Notes: generated by a model from the letters alone, not told the origin. A stretch of DNA of 54,249 bases from Alphaproteobacteria bacterium (GCA_026400795.1 JAPLOJ010000222.1:1-54249); one strand, 5' to 3'; numbered from the stretch's first letter, positions 41,347 to 52,005 are shown. Program-made: numbers and translations.

Positions 41347-43101
41347 ATGACGGGCGCTGATTTGACCTTTGATGTTGTAGTTGTGGGCGGGGGCCATGCC
41401 GGCTGTGAGGCTGCGGCGGCTGCGGCGCGCTGTGGGGCGCGCACGCTTCTGCTGACCCATAAGATTGAAAAGATGCTCAATTTGTCCAAGGGACCAGCCG
41501 TTCGGGGGCCGCGTGCCCAGGCGGATCGGCGGCTTTATCGCGAAGCGGTGCAGGCGCTACTGCGCGACCAGACTGGCCTTACGATCATGGCCGGCGGGGC
41601 TGAGGGGTTGGAACTTGACCAGGCCGGCGGGCTTGCTGCGATCATTACCGCCGACGGCCAGCGCATTCTTTGTGGGGCCGCGATTATCACCACCGGCACA
41701 TTTCTGCGCGGCGAAATCCATATCGGTGAAAAGCGCTACCCGGCTGGCCGGGTTGGCGATGCGCCAGCCATCGGCCTGGCGCTGGCCTTCGAGCGCTTGG
41801 GATTGCCGCTTGCGCGCCTCAAGACCGGGACACCACCTAGGCTGGATGGGCGGACCATCGATTGGGCAGCGCTGGAAGCCCAGCCCGGGGATGACCCGCC
41901 TGAGCCGCTTTCCTGGCTGACGGAGCGCATCACCAATCGTCAGGTCTCGTGTGGAATCACCGCGACAACGCCAGAAACTCACGCCGTCATCCGTGCCAAT
42001 CTACAGTCAAGCGCGGTCTATGGTGGTCGCATTCAGGGTGTGGGCCCGCGCTATTGCCCTTCCATTGAGGATAAGGTGGTGCGCTTTGCTGATCGGGAGC
42101 GGCACCAGATTTTCCTTGAACCTGAAGGGCTTGATGACCCGACGGTCTATCCCAACGGGATTTCGACCAGCCTTTCAGAAGCTGTGCAGGAACAGGTGGT
42201 GGCCTCCATCCCAGGGCTGGCCAAGGCCCACATCCTTAGGCCTGGCTATGCCATTGAATATGATCACATAGACCCCCGCGCACTGACCCCAACACTTGAA
42301 TTACGGCAAGTACCGCGCTTGTTTCTTGCCGGGCAAATCAACGGCACCACAGGGTATGAGGAAGCCGGTGCCCAAGGGCTGATGGCTGGGATCAATGCCG
42401 CACGGCGCGCGTCCGGCGCTGATCCTGACGCGGTTCTGACGCGTAGTGAAGCCTATATCGGCGTTCTGGTCGATGATTTGACGCTACAGGGTGTGTCAGA
42501 ACCCTATCGGATGCTGACTGCGCGGGCAGAGCATCGGCTTTCCCTTCGGGCAGACAATGCGGGGCTTCGGCTCACCGAACGCGGTATTGCTTGGGGCTGT
42601 GTAGGGTCTGAGCGTGCTGTACGCCACCGCGCCTTTGCAACAGCGGTTTCTGCTGCCTTGGCGCGTGCTGCTACGGATGGTGCCTCACCTGCTGCGCTTT
42701 CCGGCTTTGGCATCACGGTCAATCAAGATGGGCGTCGTCGTTCGGTGCTTGAGGTGCTGGCTTTGCCTAGCGTGGCGATGGAAAAGATTGAAGCCGCCTT
42801 CCCTTGGCTGCAGGATTTAGGCACGTCTATCCGCGCGCAGTTGGAGGCTGAAGCCCTCTACGCACCCTATCTACGTCGGCAGGAGGCCGAGCGGCGCCTT
42901 CTGGAGCGCGAAGAGAAAGCAAACATCTCGGCCATGCTGGATTTCGACGTTGTGGACGGGCTTTCCGCCGAAATGCGCCAGCGCTTGAAAGCCGCGCGCC
43001 CCAGCACACTCGGCGCCGCTGGGCGTGTTCAAGGCGTCACGCCGGCGGCCTTGGCGGCACTTGCGGTGAATTTGCGGCGCGACGCTCAGCGTTTCACGTG
43101 A
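41347..43101 (+). CDS. mnmG: tRNA uridine-5-carboxymethylaminomethyl modification enzyme MnmG, with an in-frame deletion near the N-terminus
   Basis: [35 protein letters not shown] and [13 protein letters not shown] are present; the MSCNPAIGG block is absent. Confidence 0.95.
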   Translation: MTGADLTFDVVVVGGGHAGCEAAAAAARCGARTLLLTHKIEKMLNLSKGPAVRGPRAQADRRLYREAVQALLRDQTGLTIMAGGAEGLELDQAGGLAAIITADGQRILCGAAIITTGTFLRGEIHIGEKRYPAGRVGDAPAIGLALAFERLGLPLARLKTGTPPRLDGRTIDWAALEAQPGDDPPEPLSWLTERITNRQVSCGITATTPETHAVIRANLQSSAVYGGRIQGVGPRYCPSIEDKVVRFADRERHQIFLEPEGLDDPTVYPNGISTSLSEAVQEQVVASIPGLAKAHILRPGYAIEYDHIDPRALTPTLELRQVPRLFLAGQINGTTGYEEAGAQGLMAGINAARRASGADPDAVLTRSEAYIGVLVDDLTLQGVSEPYRMLTARAEHRLSLRADNAGLRLTERGIAWGCVGSERAVRHRAFATAVSAALARAATDGASPAALSGFGITVNQDGRRRSVLEVLALPSVAMEKIEAAFPWLQDLGTSIRAQLEAEALYAPYLRRQEAERRLLEREEKANISAMLDFDVVDGLSAEMRQRLKAARPSTLGAAGRVQGVTPAALAALAVNLRRDAQRFT

Positions 43102-43105
43102 AACA
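43090..43105. promoter_or_regulatory. parS: parS centromere site 2
   Basis: CGTTTCACGTGAAACA is a 15/16 match; it overlaps the mnmG stop and rsmG start. Confidence 0.9.
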
Positions 43106-43685
43106 CTCGCCAGAAACCGCAGCACGGCTCGCTGCGTATCGCGATCTACTGCTGCGGTGGAATACCCGTATCAACTTGATTTCAGCCGAAACTGCCGCCG
43201 AAATAGACCAGCGACACATCGCCGATTGCGCGCAATTGGAGCCACTTTTGCCGCCAGAGGGGCCAATCGCTGATATTGGCTCGGGCGCCGGCTTACCGGG
43301 CTTAGTGCTCGCCATCATGCAGCCGGAGTGTGAAATACATCTTGTGGAATCAGACAAGCGCAAGGCCGCCTTTCTGGTCGAAGCAAGCGCCCAGTTGAAG
43401 CTGCCCATGGTACGCGTGCATGCCTGCCGAGTGGAAAACGCGAAACTCCCCCCGCTTTCCGCCATTACCGCACGCGCGCTTGCTCCCCTGGCAACCCTGC
43501 TGCCTTATGCTGACAAGTTTCTGGCCCCTGGCGGCGTCGCAGTATTCCCGAAAGGCAAGACCGCCGAGAAAGAGTTGACGGAAGCCGCCCAGGGCTGGCA
43601 CTTCACTTGTGAGCGCTTTCCAAGCACCACCAATCCCGAAGCAACCATCCTGCGCCTGAGCAATATCCATCGTGTCCAGCCCTAA
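43098..43685 (+). CDS. rsmG: 16S rRNA m7G527 methyltransferase
   Basis: [25 protein letters not shown] and ITARALA. Confidence 0.95.
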   Translation: MKHSPETAARLAAYRDLLLRWNTRINLISAETAAEIDQRHIADCAQLEPLLPPEGPIADIGSGAGLPGLVLAIMQPECEIHLVESDKRKAAFLVEASAQLKLPMVRVHACRVENAKLPPLSAITARALAPLATLLPYADKFLAPGGVAVFPKGKTAEKELTEAAQGWHFTCERFPSTTNPEATILRLSNIHRVQP

Positions 43686-44484
43686 GCCTGCCAGGCCGAA
43701 AATCATCGCCATCGCCAATCAAAAAGGTGGTGTGGGCAAGACCACGACTGCGATCAACCTCGCCACTGCGCTCGCCACCACGCGCAAAGTTTTGTTGATT
43801 GACCTGGACCCGCAGGGTAATGCCTCAACTGGCCTTGGCTTGCCGAGGCAGGAACGGGGCCAGGGCAGTTACGCGCTGTTGGTTGGTGCCGCGCCCTTGG
43901 CAGAATTGATCAGGCCGTCCCGCATCCCGCAGCTAGACTTGCTGCCGGCCGATGCTGATTTGGCCGGCGCCGAGATCGAGCTGATCGATGTCGAGGCCCG
44001 CGAAAGGCGCCTGCTGAACGCGCTCGAAGCCGCCGGAGATGTCCTGGCCGGCACAGATCTCATCATCATTGATTGCCCGCCGTCGCTCGGCCTGATCACG
44101 CTGAATGCCCTGGTCGCGGCGGATGAGGTTTTGGTGCCGCTGCAATGCGAATTCTTTGCGCTTGAAGGCGTTTCCCAAATCACACGTACCATTGAACGCG
44201 TCAGCAAAAGCTTGAACCCAAACCTCAAGCTCGGCGGCATCGTTCTGACTATGTTCGATAAACGCAACAATCTTTCTGAACTTGTCGCTGCTGACGTGCG
44301 CGCCTTCTTTGGCGACAAGGTCTATGAAACAGTTATTCCTCGAAACATTCGCATCACGGAGGCACCGTCCCACGGCCTGCCCGTGCTGGTTTATGATCAT
44401 CGTTCTGCCGGTGCGGAAGCCTATGTCGCACTCGCGCATGAATGGATCCGCCGCGAGAAGCAACCAAAGGAAACGGCCCAATGA
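43672..44484 (+). CDS. parA: Chromosome partitioning ATPase ParA
   Basis: ANQKGGVGKTTT, DLDPQGNAS, DCPPSLG and PLQCEFFALEG. Confidence 0.97.
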   Translation: MSSPKPARPKIIAIANQKGGVGKTTTAINLATALATTRKVLLIDLDPQGNASTGLGLPRQERGQGSYALLVGAAPLAELIRPSRIPQLDLLPADADLAGAEIELIDVEARERRLLNALEAAGDVLAGTDLIIIDCPPSLGLITLNALVAADEVLVPLQCEFFALEGVSQITRTIERVSKSLNPNLKLGGIVLTMFDKRNNLSELVAADVRAFFGDKVYETVIPRNIRITEAPSHGLPVLVYDHRSAGAEAYVALAHEWIRREKQPKETAQ

Positions 44485-45338
44485 AAAAGCCCGCCCGGCT
44501 CGGCATGGGCCTATCGGCCCTGATGGGCGATGCGCCGCCGGCGCCAAGCGCGCCAACTTCTGGCCCACCGCGCAGCTTGCCGATCGCCATGATCGAACCG
44601 GGCCCCTTTCAGCCGCGCATGGAACCGGACCGTCAGGCGCTGCAGGAACTCGCTGCCTCCATCACCGAACATGGCATTTTACAGCCCCTGCTCGTGCGCC
44701 CGAAGCCAGGTGCCGCGGGGCGCTATCAGATCATCGGAGGCGAGCGCCGCTGGCGCGCGGCGCAGATTGCCAAGCTGCATGATGTTCCTGTTGTCATTCG
44801 CGATTTCGATGACCGCATGGCGATGGCTGCCGGCCTGGTTGAGAACCTGCAACGCGAAGACCTGAACGCCATCGAAGAAGCCGAAGGTTTTTCCCGCCTG
44901 ATCGAACAATTCGGCCTTAATCAGGAAAGCCTTGCGCGTGCTGTCGGCAAATCGCGTAGCCATGTCGCCAATACGCTTCGCCTACTCAACCTGCCCAGCA
45001 CAATCCGCGAGCATCTGCGCGCCGGTCGCCTCAGTGCCGGCCATGCCCGCGCCCTGCTGGGTGCGGAAGAACCCGAAAAACTCGCCGCGCAAATCCTCAC
45101 CCGCGGACTTTCGGTCCGTCAGGCCGAAGCCATGGCAGCCGCGCAACCAAAAAATCCCGAAGCGCGGCGCACCAATGCCAAGGATGCCGATACGCTGGCG
45201 CTTGAACGCCAATTGCTTGAACGGCTTGGCCTGCAAGTTGCCATCAAGCATTTCGGCAAGGGCGGGCAAGTCACCATCAGTTATAATGATCTTGATCAGC
45301 TTGATGGCCTGATCCGCCTGTTGATGCCCGAAGCATAA
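44481..45338 (+). CDS. parB: Chromosome partitioning protein ParB
   Basis: LGMGLSAL, GERRWRAA, VENLQREDL and GKSRSHVANTLRLL. Confidence 0.97.
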   Translation: MKKPARLGMGLSALMGDAPPAPSAPTSGPPRSLPIAMIEPGPFQPRMEPDRQALQELAASITEHGILQPLLVRPKPGAAGRYQIIGGERRWRAAQIAKLHDVPVVIRDFDDRMAMAAGLVENLQREDLNAIEEAEGFSRLIEQFGLNQESLARAVGKSRSHVANTLRLLNLPSTIREHLRAGRLSAGHARALLGAEEPEKLAAQILTRGLSVRQAEAMAAAQPKNPEARRTNAKDADTLALERQLLERLGLQVAIKHFGKGGQVTISYNDLDQLDGLIRLLMPEA

Positions 45339-45365
45339 CGCCCCCCTCTCACCCGGGAGCTTACC

Positions 45366-45836
45366 TTGTCCAAACTGAATGATCTGGATGCCACCGACCT
45401 TGCCATCCTCCGCCTGATCCAGGCGGATGCCTCGCTCTCCCTCGGCGATATCGCGAAGGAGGTGGGGCTCACCCAAACCCCATGCTGGAAACGCATCCGC
45501 CGCATGGAGGAAACCGGCATCATCACCGGGCGCGTGACGCTGGTGAATGCTGAAAAGCTCGGCCTTGGCATTTCGGTTTTCGTCGCGATTGAAACCGGCG
45601 ACCATTCCGCAACATGGATCGAAAGCTTCGCCAAAACCGTCGCCGAGATGCCGGAAATCATCGAATGCTGGCGGCTTGGCAGCGATGTGGACTACCTGCT
45701 CCGCGTCGTTGTCTCTGACATGACAGCCTATGATGGCTTTTATCGCAAACTGACCGCCCGGGTTTCCAGCCTGCGCAAGGTGACATCCCGCTTTGCCATG
45801 GAATGCGTGAAATCCACCACCGCGCTACCCATCTGA
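45366..45836 (+). CDS. Lrp/AsnC family regulator, DecR(YbaO)-like
   Basis: TPCWKRI, MPEI..WR..DYLLRVVV.DM..YD.FY.KL and FAME..K.TT.LPI match the DecR subfamily pattern. Confidence 0.88.
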   Translation: MSKLNDLDATDLAILRLIQADASLSLGDIAKEVGLTQTPCWKRIRRMEETGIITGRVTLVNAEKLGLGISVFVAIETGDHSATWIESFAKTVAEMPEIIECWRLGSDVDYLLRVVVSDMTAYDGFYRKLTARVSSLRKVTSRFAMECVKSTTALPI

Positions 45837-45850
45837 AGCCTGCTTGCCAA

Positions 45851-45879
45851 TTGACCCGGAAGGGCCTGCGCCCTAGCCT
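45851..45879 (+). promoter_or_regulatory. Sigma70-type promoter of suyAB
   Basis: TTGACC-N17-TAGCCT, followed by a GGGAGG RBS. Confidence 0.55.
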
Positions 45880-45913
45880 TCGGCAGCATCAAAAAAAGGG
45901 AGGATATGCCGGC

Positions 45914-46198
45914 ATGACCGTGCATTTCTGTGTGCATGACGAAGGCGATTCCGTCGGTGTCGTCGTTGTCGAAGGGATCACATCCGGCCAGGCACTGAAT
46001 GGCTGGATCATGGATCAGGATAAGATGATCGCCTTCAACGCTAAGTCGGATATTCCGATCGGCCATAAGCTTGCCATTCGCGCCATCGCTGCCGGTGACA
46101 CCATCATCAAATACGGCGTTGATATCGGCAAGGCGGTGAAGAATATCGCTGCCGGCGAACATTTGCATGTCCACAACGTCAAAACGAAGCGGTGGTAA
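45914..46198 (+). CDS. suyA: UxaA-family small (SAF) subunit, probable sulfolactate sulfo-lyase alpha
   Basis: [23 protein letters not shown] and [12 protein letters not shown]. Confidence 0.78.
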   Translation: MTVHFCVHDEGDSVGVVVVEGITSGQALNGWIMDQDKMIAFNAKSDIPIGHKLAIRAIAAGDTIIKYGVDIGKAVKNIAAGEHLHVHNVKTKRW

Positions 46199-46203
46199 GC
46201 GCC

Positions 46204-47379
46204 ATGGGCATCAATCTGAAAAACGCTGCCTTTGAAGGCTGGCGCCGCGAAAACGGCCGCATGGGCGTCCGCAACCACGTCATCATCCTGCCGGTTGATG
46301 ATCTTTCCAACGCTGCCTGCGAAGCGGTCGCGAACAACATCAAGGGCGCGCTGGCCATTCCGCATGCCTATGGCCGCCTGCAATTTGGCGCCGATCTGGA
46401 TTTGCATTTCCGCACGCTGATCGGCACGGGCAGCAACCCGAATGTCGCTGGCGTCGTGGTGATTGGCATTGAACCAGGCTGGACCGGCCGCATCGTTGAA
46501 GGCATCGCCAAATCTGGCAAGCCGGTGGAAGGCTTCGCCATTGAACAGAATGGCGACATCAACACCATCGCCAATGCATCCCGCGCCGCCTATCGCATGG
46601 TGAAGCACGCTTCGCGCCTGAAGAAAACCCGCGCTTCGATGCAGGAACTTTGGGTTTCCACCAAATGCGGCGAAAGCGATACCACATCGGGCCTGGCTTC
46701 CTGCCCGACGGTTGGTGATTCCTTCGACAAGCTTTGGGCTAACGGTAACACGCTCGTTTTCGGTGAAACCACTGAACTCACGGGTGGCGAACACTTGGTC
46801 GCTGAACGTTGCCGCACGCCGGAAATTCGCGCGCAATTCCAGGCGATGTTTGACCGTTACCAGCGCGTGGTCGAAACCAACAAGACCAATGATCTTTCCG
46901 AAAGCCAGCCCACCAAGGGCAATATCGAAGGCGGCTTGACCACCATCGAGGAAAAGGCGCTGGGCAATATCCAAAAGATCGGGAAGAAGTGCCTGGTGGA
47001 TGGCGTGCTGGACAAGGCCGAAGCGCCGACCCACTCAGGGCTTTGGTTCATGGATTCAAGCTCGGCCGCCGCAGAAATGGTGACGCTTTGCGCCGCTTCG
47101 GGCTTTGCCGTGCATACCTTCCCGACCGGGCAGGGCAACGTCATCGGCAATCCGATCCTGCCGGTGATCAAGCTTACCGCCAATCCACGCACGCAGCGCA
47201 CCATGTCTGAACATATTGATGTGGATGTGACTGGGCTTTTGCAGCGGCAGATGAATATGGATGAAGCGGGCGAAGCCTTGCTTGATTGCATTATCCGCAC
47301 CGCTGATGGCGAATTGACCGCGGCTGAATTGCTCGGCCACCGCGAATTCAGCCTGACGCGGCTTTACGAAAGCGCATAA
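46204..47379 (+). CDS. suyB: UxaA-family large subunit, probable sulfolactate sulfo-lyase beta
   Basis: [55 protein letters not shown] and MDSSSAAAE are typical of SuyB. Confidence 0.8.
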   Translation: MGINLKNAAFEGWRRENGRMGVRNHVIILPVDDLSNAACEAVANNIKGALAIPHAYGRLQFGADLDLHFRTLIGTGSNPNVAGVVVIGIEPGWTGRIVEGIAKSGKPVEGFAIEQNGDINTIANASRAAYRMVKHASRLKKTRASMQELWVSTKCGESDTTSGLASCPTVGDSFDKLWANGNTLVFGETTELTGGEHLVAERCRTPEIRAQFQAMFDRYQRVVETNKTNDLSESQPTKGNIEGGLTTIEEKALGNIQKIGKKCLVDGVLDKAEAPTHSGLWFMDSSSAAAEMVTLCAASGFAVHTFPTGQGNVIGNPILPVIKLTANPRTQRTMSEHIDVDVTGLLQRQMNMDEAGEALLDCIIRTADGELTAAELLGHREFSLTRLYESA

Positions 47380-47380
47380 G

Positions 47381-47415
47381 AAGAAAAGGCGGCGCGCCAA
47401 TCATTGCGCGCCGCC
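47381..47415 (-). terminator. Terminator between convergent suyB and lysE
   Basis: GGCGGCGCGC-N8-GCGCGCCGCC stem with AAGAAAA on the left, which is the U-tract for the minus strand. Confidence 0.7.
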
Positions 47416-47423
47416 CTTCAGCC

Positions 47424-48068
47424 CTACTGCCGCTTGGCAAAGGCCAAGCCGACCCCCAAAGCAATCATTGATGCGCCCGAGATTTCGCGCAGCCGCCGAA
47501 TGAAGGCGGGCCGCGATGCCGCACCTTCCCGGATACGGCTGGCGCCTATCGCCACCACAATATCTGCCAGCGTATTCAGCGTGACAGAAATCACGCCCAG
47601 CAGAATAAAGGGCAGCGCCACCGCGCCCGCGCTGGGGTCGAGAAACTGCGGAATGAAGGCCAGGAAGAAGGCTGCGGTTTTGGGGTTAAGCGCCTCAACC
47701 ACCACGCCTTCCCGAAAGGCGCGACGCGCCCCCATGGCGGGGGCTGGTTCGGCGCCAGCCAAGCCCTGCGCCGCATCGCGCCGCGCAGCCATGATGGTGC
47801 GCAGGCCGAGCCAAACCAAATAAGCCGCACCGAGCCATTTCAGCGCCGTGAAAAGCTCCGCACTCGCCAAGACAAGCGCGGAAACACCCAGCGCCCCGGC
47901 CAGCACATGCACCAAGCCCCCAAGCGCGGTGCCGAAGCTGGAGGCGATGCCCTCTGCCCGCCCGCCTGCCAGGCTGCGCGCCGCGACATAGAAAATGCCA
48001 GGGCCCGGCGTGACCGCCAGTAGCAGTGCCGCCGCGAGGTAGAGGAAGAATTGTGTGATGTCTGGCAT
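47424..48068 (-). CDS. LysE/RhtB family translocator
   Basis: TPGPGIFYV, LKWLGAAYLVWLG and LNPKTAAFFLAFIPQF. Confidence 0.92.
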   Translation of the reverse strand: MPDITQFFLYLAAALLLAVTPGPGIFYVAARSLAGGRAEGIASSFGTALGGLVHVLAGALGVSALVLASAELFTALKWLGAAYLVWLGLRTIMAARRDAAQGLAGAEPAPAMGARRAFREGVVVEALNPKTAAFFLAFIPQFLDPSAGAVALPFILLGVISVTLNTLADIVVAIGASRIREGAASRPAFIRRLREISGASMIALGVGLAFAKRQ

Positions 48069-48127
48069 GGCGCCTTCTTACGCCATGCCAGACACAAAAA
48101 CGAGGAAGCGCGCGCCGCGCCGACGCC

Positions 48128-48706
48128 CTACCCCGGATCAATCCAGCCGATATTCCCATCGGCGCGGCGGTAAACCACGTTCAGCCCGCCGCCCTTCTTA
48201 TTAAGAAACATCAGCGCCTGGGCTTGGGCCAGATCGAGCCGCATCACGGCCTCACCCACACTCAGCTTCTCAATATGCGTGGGGTTCTCGGCAATGATGG
48301 CGCCGTGGTCGCCTTGTTCCGGCGCTTCCTCCTCACTCGGGGCTTCAATCACATAGCGGCGGCCAGAAGGCGCTTCTTCTGCCAGCGCTTCCCGATTGCC
48401 GGCGAAGGACCGCGCGTGTTCATTCACACGCCGGCGATAGCGGCGCAGGCGCTTGGCCAAATGCTCGGCGGCCACTTCAAAAGCGCGGTGCGCGTCGGCA
48501 CCTTCGCCCTCAGCGCGCATCATCAGCCCGCGCCCAGCCTTCAGGTTGATGTCGCAACTGAACTGGCTTCGATGTTTGTGGAAGGTCACATTGGCTTCAA
48601 GCGCGTGATCAAAATACTTGGCTGTGATCGCGGTCAACCCGTCGCTCACATGGGTCTTCAGCGCTTCACCCGTTTCAACTTGCTTGCCGGCAACTGTGAT
48701 AAGCAT
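48128..48706 (-). CDS. hpf: Ribosome hibernation promoting factor (long HPF/RaiA)
   Basis: AKRLRRYRRR, LSVGEAVMRLDL and NVVYRRADGNIGWIDP; lies downstream of rpoN. Confidence 0.94.
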   Translation of the reverse strand: MLITVAGKQVETGEALKTHVSDGLTAITAKYFDHALEANVTFHKHRSQFSCDINLKAGRGLMMRAEGEGADAHRAFEVAAEHLAKRLRRYRRRVNEHARSFAGNREALAEEAPSGRRYVIEAPSEEEAPEQGDHGAIIAENPTHIEKLSVGEAVMRLDLAQAQALMFLNKKGGGLNVVYRRADGNIGWIDPG

Positions 48707-48804
48707 GGGCCTATGCCCTCCCTTCTTTCAAAAGTGGAGGGGCCGCCCCGCGGCGACCGGGCGTGCGACCCTTGCCTTTCTCCCGGGTCGCCTTTCTGTC
48801 CGGA

Positions 48805-50280
48805 TCAGGCCGAGGCGGCCTTCTCCCGTTTGCGCTGCACGGATGATGGGATGCGCAACGCGTCCCGGTATTTGGCCACAGTTCGCCTGGCAATGTCCAC
48901 GCCTTCTTCACGTAGCCGGGCCACAATCGTATCGTCGGATAGAATATCCGAAGGGTTTTCAGCATCCACCATGGCCTTGATGCGGTAACGCACGGCCTCA
49001 GCGCTATGGGCTTCTCCGCCGCGGGTGCCGGCAATGGCGGTGGTGAAGAAATATTTCAGCTCAAAAGTGCCGCGCGGCGTTGCAATCGCCTTGTTGGATG
49101 TAACGCGAGAGACCGTGCTTTCATGCAGCGAAACCTCATCAGCCACATCGCGCAGGATCAGCGGGCGCAAATGCCCAACCCCATGGCGGAAAAAGCCATC
49201 CTGGCGGCGCACAATTTCGACTGCCACTTTCAGGATGGTATTGGCGCGCTGTTCCAGCGACTTCACCAACCATGACGCGGTCTGAAAGCGTTCCGCGATC
49301 CAGGTTTTGTCTTCCTTGCCGCGCGCGCTGACATTGGCCGAGGCGAAGAACCCCTTATTCACGAGCACACGCGGCAGGGTTTCCAGATTGAGCTCCACAA
49401 TCCAATCATCATCCGGCCCGCGGCGCATCAGCACATCTGGTATCAGGGTTGGCGCTGGCGGTGCATCAAAGGAAGCGCCGGGCTTGGGGTCCAGCCGCTT
49501 CAATTCCGCGACCATTTCCGCCATGTCTTCGCCGTCCACGCCGCAGACTTCCTGCAAGCCCTTCAGATCACGCTTGGCAAGCAATTCAAGGTTTGCCAGC
49601 AGCACCGCCATGGCGGGATCATAGCGATTGCGTTCCTGCAACTGCACTGCAAGGCATTCCGCCAAATCATGGCAGAACATGCCAACCGGATCAAAGCGCG
49701 CCATGGCCAGGCGCACGCGTTCCACCAGCGCGATGTCACACCCCAGCGCATCCGCAATCACTTGCGCTCGCACATGCAGCCGCCCGGCAGCATCCACCAG
49801 CGCCAGCAAATTGCCGGCAATCAGGCGTTCCTGCGGAGAGGTAAGGTTAAGCCTGATTTGTTCGGCCAGATGATCACGCAAAGATCGTTCCGACGCTTCC
49901 ATGGCTTCAATGCCGGAGAGATCATCGTCGAAATCGCGGTTGCCACCACGGCCAATCGGCGGCAGGCCATTGTCGTACACATTATCCCATTCGGCATCGA
50001 GCGGCGCGGCATTTTCCGAAGGCAGCGCATCGGACGCGGCGGCACTGGCAGCATCGGCCGGTTCGCTTGCCACCGGCAAGGGATCAGTGCTGCGCCCAGC
50101 GTCAGGTCCCGGAAGGGGGCGTTCGTCGCGTTCCAGCAGCGGGTTGCGTTCAAGTTCTTCCTCGACAAAGGCCGAGACTTCCATATTGGAAGATTGCAGC
50201 AGCTTGATCGCCTGGCGCAGCTGCGGTGTCATCACCAGCTGCTGCGATTGCCGCAGATCGAGACGCGGGCCGATCGCCAT
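48805..50280 (-). CDS. rpoN: RNA polymerase sigma-54 factor
   Basis: MTPQLRQAIKLLQ, HESTVSRVT and the RpoN box IARRTVAKYR. Confidence 0.98.
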   Translation of the reverse strand: MAIGPRLDLRQSQQLVMTPQLRQAIKLLQSSNMEVSAFVEEELERNPLLERDERPLPGPDAGRSTDPLPVASEPADAASAAASDALPSENAAPLDAEWDNVYDNGLPPIGRGGNRDFDDDLSGIEAMEASERSLRDHLAEQIRLNLTSPQERLIAGNLLALVDAAGRLHVRAQVIADALGCDIALVERVRLAMARFDPVGMFCHDLAECLAVQLQERNRYDPAMAVLLANLELLAKRDLKGLQEVCGVDGEDMAEMVAELKRLDPKPGASFDAPPAPTLIPDVLMRRGPDDDWIVELNLETLPRVLVNKGFFASANVSARGKEDKTWIAERFQTASWLVKSLEQRANTILKVAVEIVRRQDGFFRHGVGHLRPLILRDVADEVSLHESTVSRVTSNKAIATPRGTFELKYFFTTAIAGTRGGEAHSAEAVRYRIKAMVDAENPSDILSDDTIVARLREEGVDIARRTVAKYRDALRIPSSVQRKREKAASA

Positions 50281-50341
50281 CAGCGCTGCTCACTAGGCCG
50301 GGCGGAAAGGAAGGCGGGGAACATGCAGCGCCAATATCCAA

Positions 50342-51100
50342 TTACAGGCTGAATTTTTCGCCAAGATAGACGCGGCGCACATCCTCATTCGCCACAATTT
50401 CTTGCGGGTTGCCTTCCATCAGCACCTTGCCATCATGCAGGATATAGGCGCGGTCAATGATTTCGAGCGTTTCGCGCACATTATGGTCCGTGATCAGCAC
50501 GCCAATACCGCGATCCTTCAAATGCTTGACCAAATCACGGATTTCGCCAACCGCGATGGGGTCAATGCCGGCCAGCGGTTCATCCAGCAGGATATAGGAA
50601 GGGTGAGTCGCCAAGGCACGCGCGATTTCGCAGCGCCGGCGTTCACCGCCTGAAAGCGCCAGCGCGGGTGCGCGGCGCAAATGCGCAATGCCGAATTCTG
50701 CCAGCAATTCATCGAGCATTGCCGCGCGGCGATCAGCTTCCGGTTCCACCACTTCAAGCGCGGCGCTGATATTCTGTTCTACGGTCAGGCCACGAAAGAT
50801 GCTGGCTTCCTGCGGCAGATAGCCAAGCCCAAGCCGCGCGCGGCGATACATGGGCAGCATGGTCACATCATGGCCATCCATCATCACGCGCCCTTCATCG
50901 GGCTGCACCAGACCGGTGATCATGTAAAACGTCGTCGTTTTGCCCGCGCCATTCGGCCCAAGCAGCCCCACCGCTTCCCCGCGCTGGACTGAAAGCGACA
51001 CATTACGCACCACAGGCCGCTTCTTGTAACGCTTACCAAGACCGGTGGCGTATAGCCCGCCAGTGCCGGGCAACACTTTCATTTGCGTGGCATCACTCAT
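50342..51100 (-). CDS. lptB: LPS export ABC transporter ATPase
   Basis: [31 protein letters not shown] and [10 protein letters not shown]. Confidence 0.96.
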   Translation of the reverse strand: MSDATQMKVLPGTGGLYATGLGKRYKKRPVVRNVSLSVQRGEAVGLLGPNGAGKTTTFYMITGLVQPDEGRVMMDGHDVTMLPMYRRARLGLGYLPQEASIFRGLTVEQNISAALEVVEPEADRRAAMLDELLAEFGIAHLRRAPALALSGGERRRCEIARALATHPSYILLDEPLAGIDPIAVGEIRDLVKHLKDRGIGVLITDHNVRETLEIIDRAYILHDGKVLMEGNPQEIVANEDVRRVYLGEKFSL

Positions 51101-52005
51101 CGTGCCGGTGCCCCTGGAGCGGGAAGACCCTGGCCCTCACCGGGGACGATGATACCGCGCACCGGTACGTTCGGGCATGCAACAAGCCGCGAAATGCCCG
51201 TGTCCATATTCACAATCGCCTCACACCCGGTCAGTACATTGTCACCACGCACGATCCGTACATTGCCGAGAAGGCGCGCAATACTATTGGGCGGCGTATA
51301 GACACCGGTATCGCCGCGCACGACTTCGGTTGCGGTGCGGATTTCAACACGGCCATAGGCTTCCACCCGATCAAGATTGCTGCCCGCACCGGGCGATGCC
51401 TGGGGCGCCCGTGGCGCCGGCTGCGGGCGCGCTGCGGTGGTGGTTTCTGCTGGAGCGTCACGGAAATAGGCAACCAGCACATCGGCGCGCACGCGCTTGT
51501 CATCCTTGGTCACCACCAGCGCATCGCCACGCGCCACCGCCATGCGCTTTTGCGGCCAGTATTCCACGCTGTCGCGCGCGGTCAGCACATTATCGGGCGA
51601 GGTCAGGCGCAGATTTTGCCCGTGGAGTACCATCACCGCCTGATCCAAATCATAAATCGCGCGATCGCCTTCTGCGCGATCTGTTGCGGTGGTGATCACA
51701 ACAGATCCTTCGGCTTCCAGGCGCCAGATTTCACTGGCGCCACCGGGGCCTTCACTCGGGGGCCGGGCTTCCGCCGGCGCGCCGCCGCGTGGGCGATAGC
51801 GCGCCAGCAGTAAATCAGAATCAATCGTGACACCGCCGCGCACCGCCCGCGCCGCGCCGCGCGCGATCACCAGCTGTTCATTCTGGCGCCATTCCATGCC
51901 ATCACGCGCTGTGACTTCGATGGGGCCGCCCTGATTGAGATCAGCCATCTGCGCCGCGGCGACGCCCGCGCAAAGAAAGAATGCCAAGGCAATGCGCCGG
52001 ATCAT
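51097..52005 (-). CDS. lptA: LptA/OstA family LPS transport protein (two jellyroll repeats)
   Basis: Signal peptide, PIEVTA and duplicated EAEGSV/EAYGRV repeats; lies between lptC and lptB. Confidence 0.85.
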   Translation of the reverse strand: MIRRIALAFFLCAGVAAAQMADLNQGGPIEVTARDGMEWRQNEQLVIARGAARAVRGGVTIDSDLLLARYRPRGGAPAEARPPSEGPGGASEIWRLEAEGSVVITTATDRAEGDRAIYDLDQAVMVLHGQNLRLTSPDNVLTARDSVEYWPQKRMAVARGDALVVTKDDKRVRADVLVAYFRDAPAETTTAARPQPAPRAPQASPGAGSNLDRVEAYGRVEIRTATEVVRGDTGVYTPPNSIARLLGNVRIVRGDNVLTGCEAIVNMDTGISRLVACPNVPVRGIIVPGEGQGLPAPGAPAR

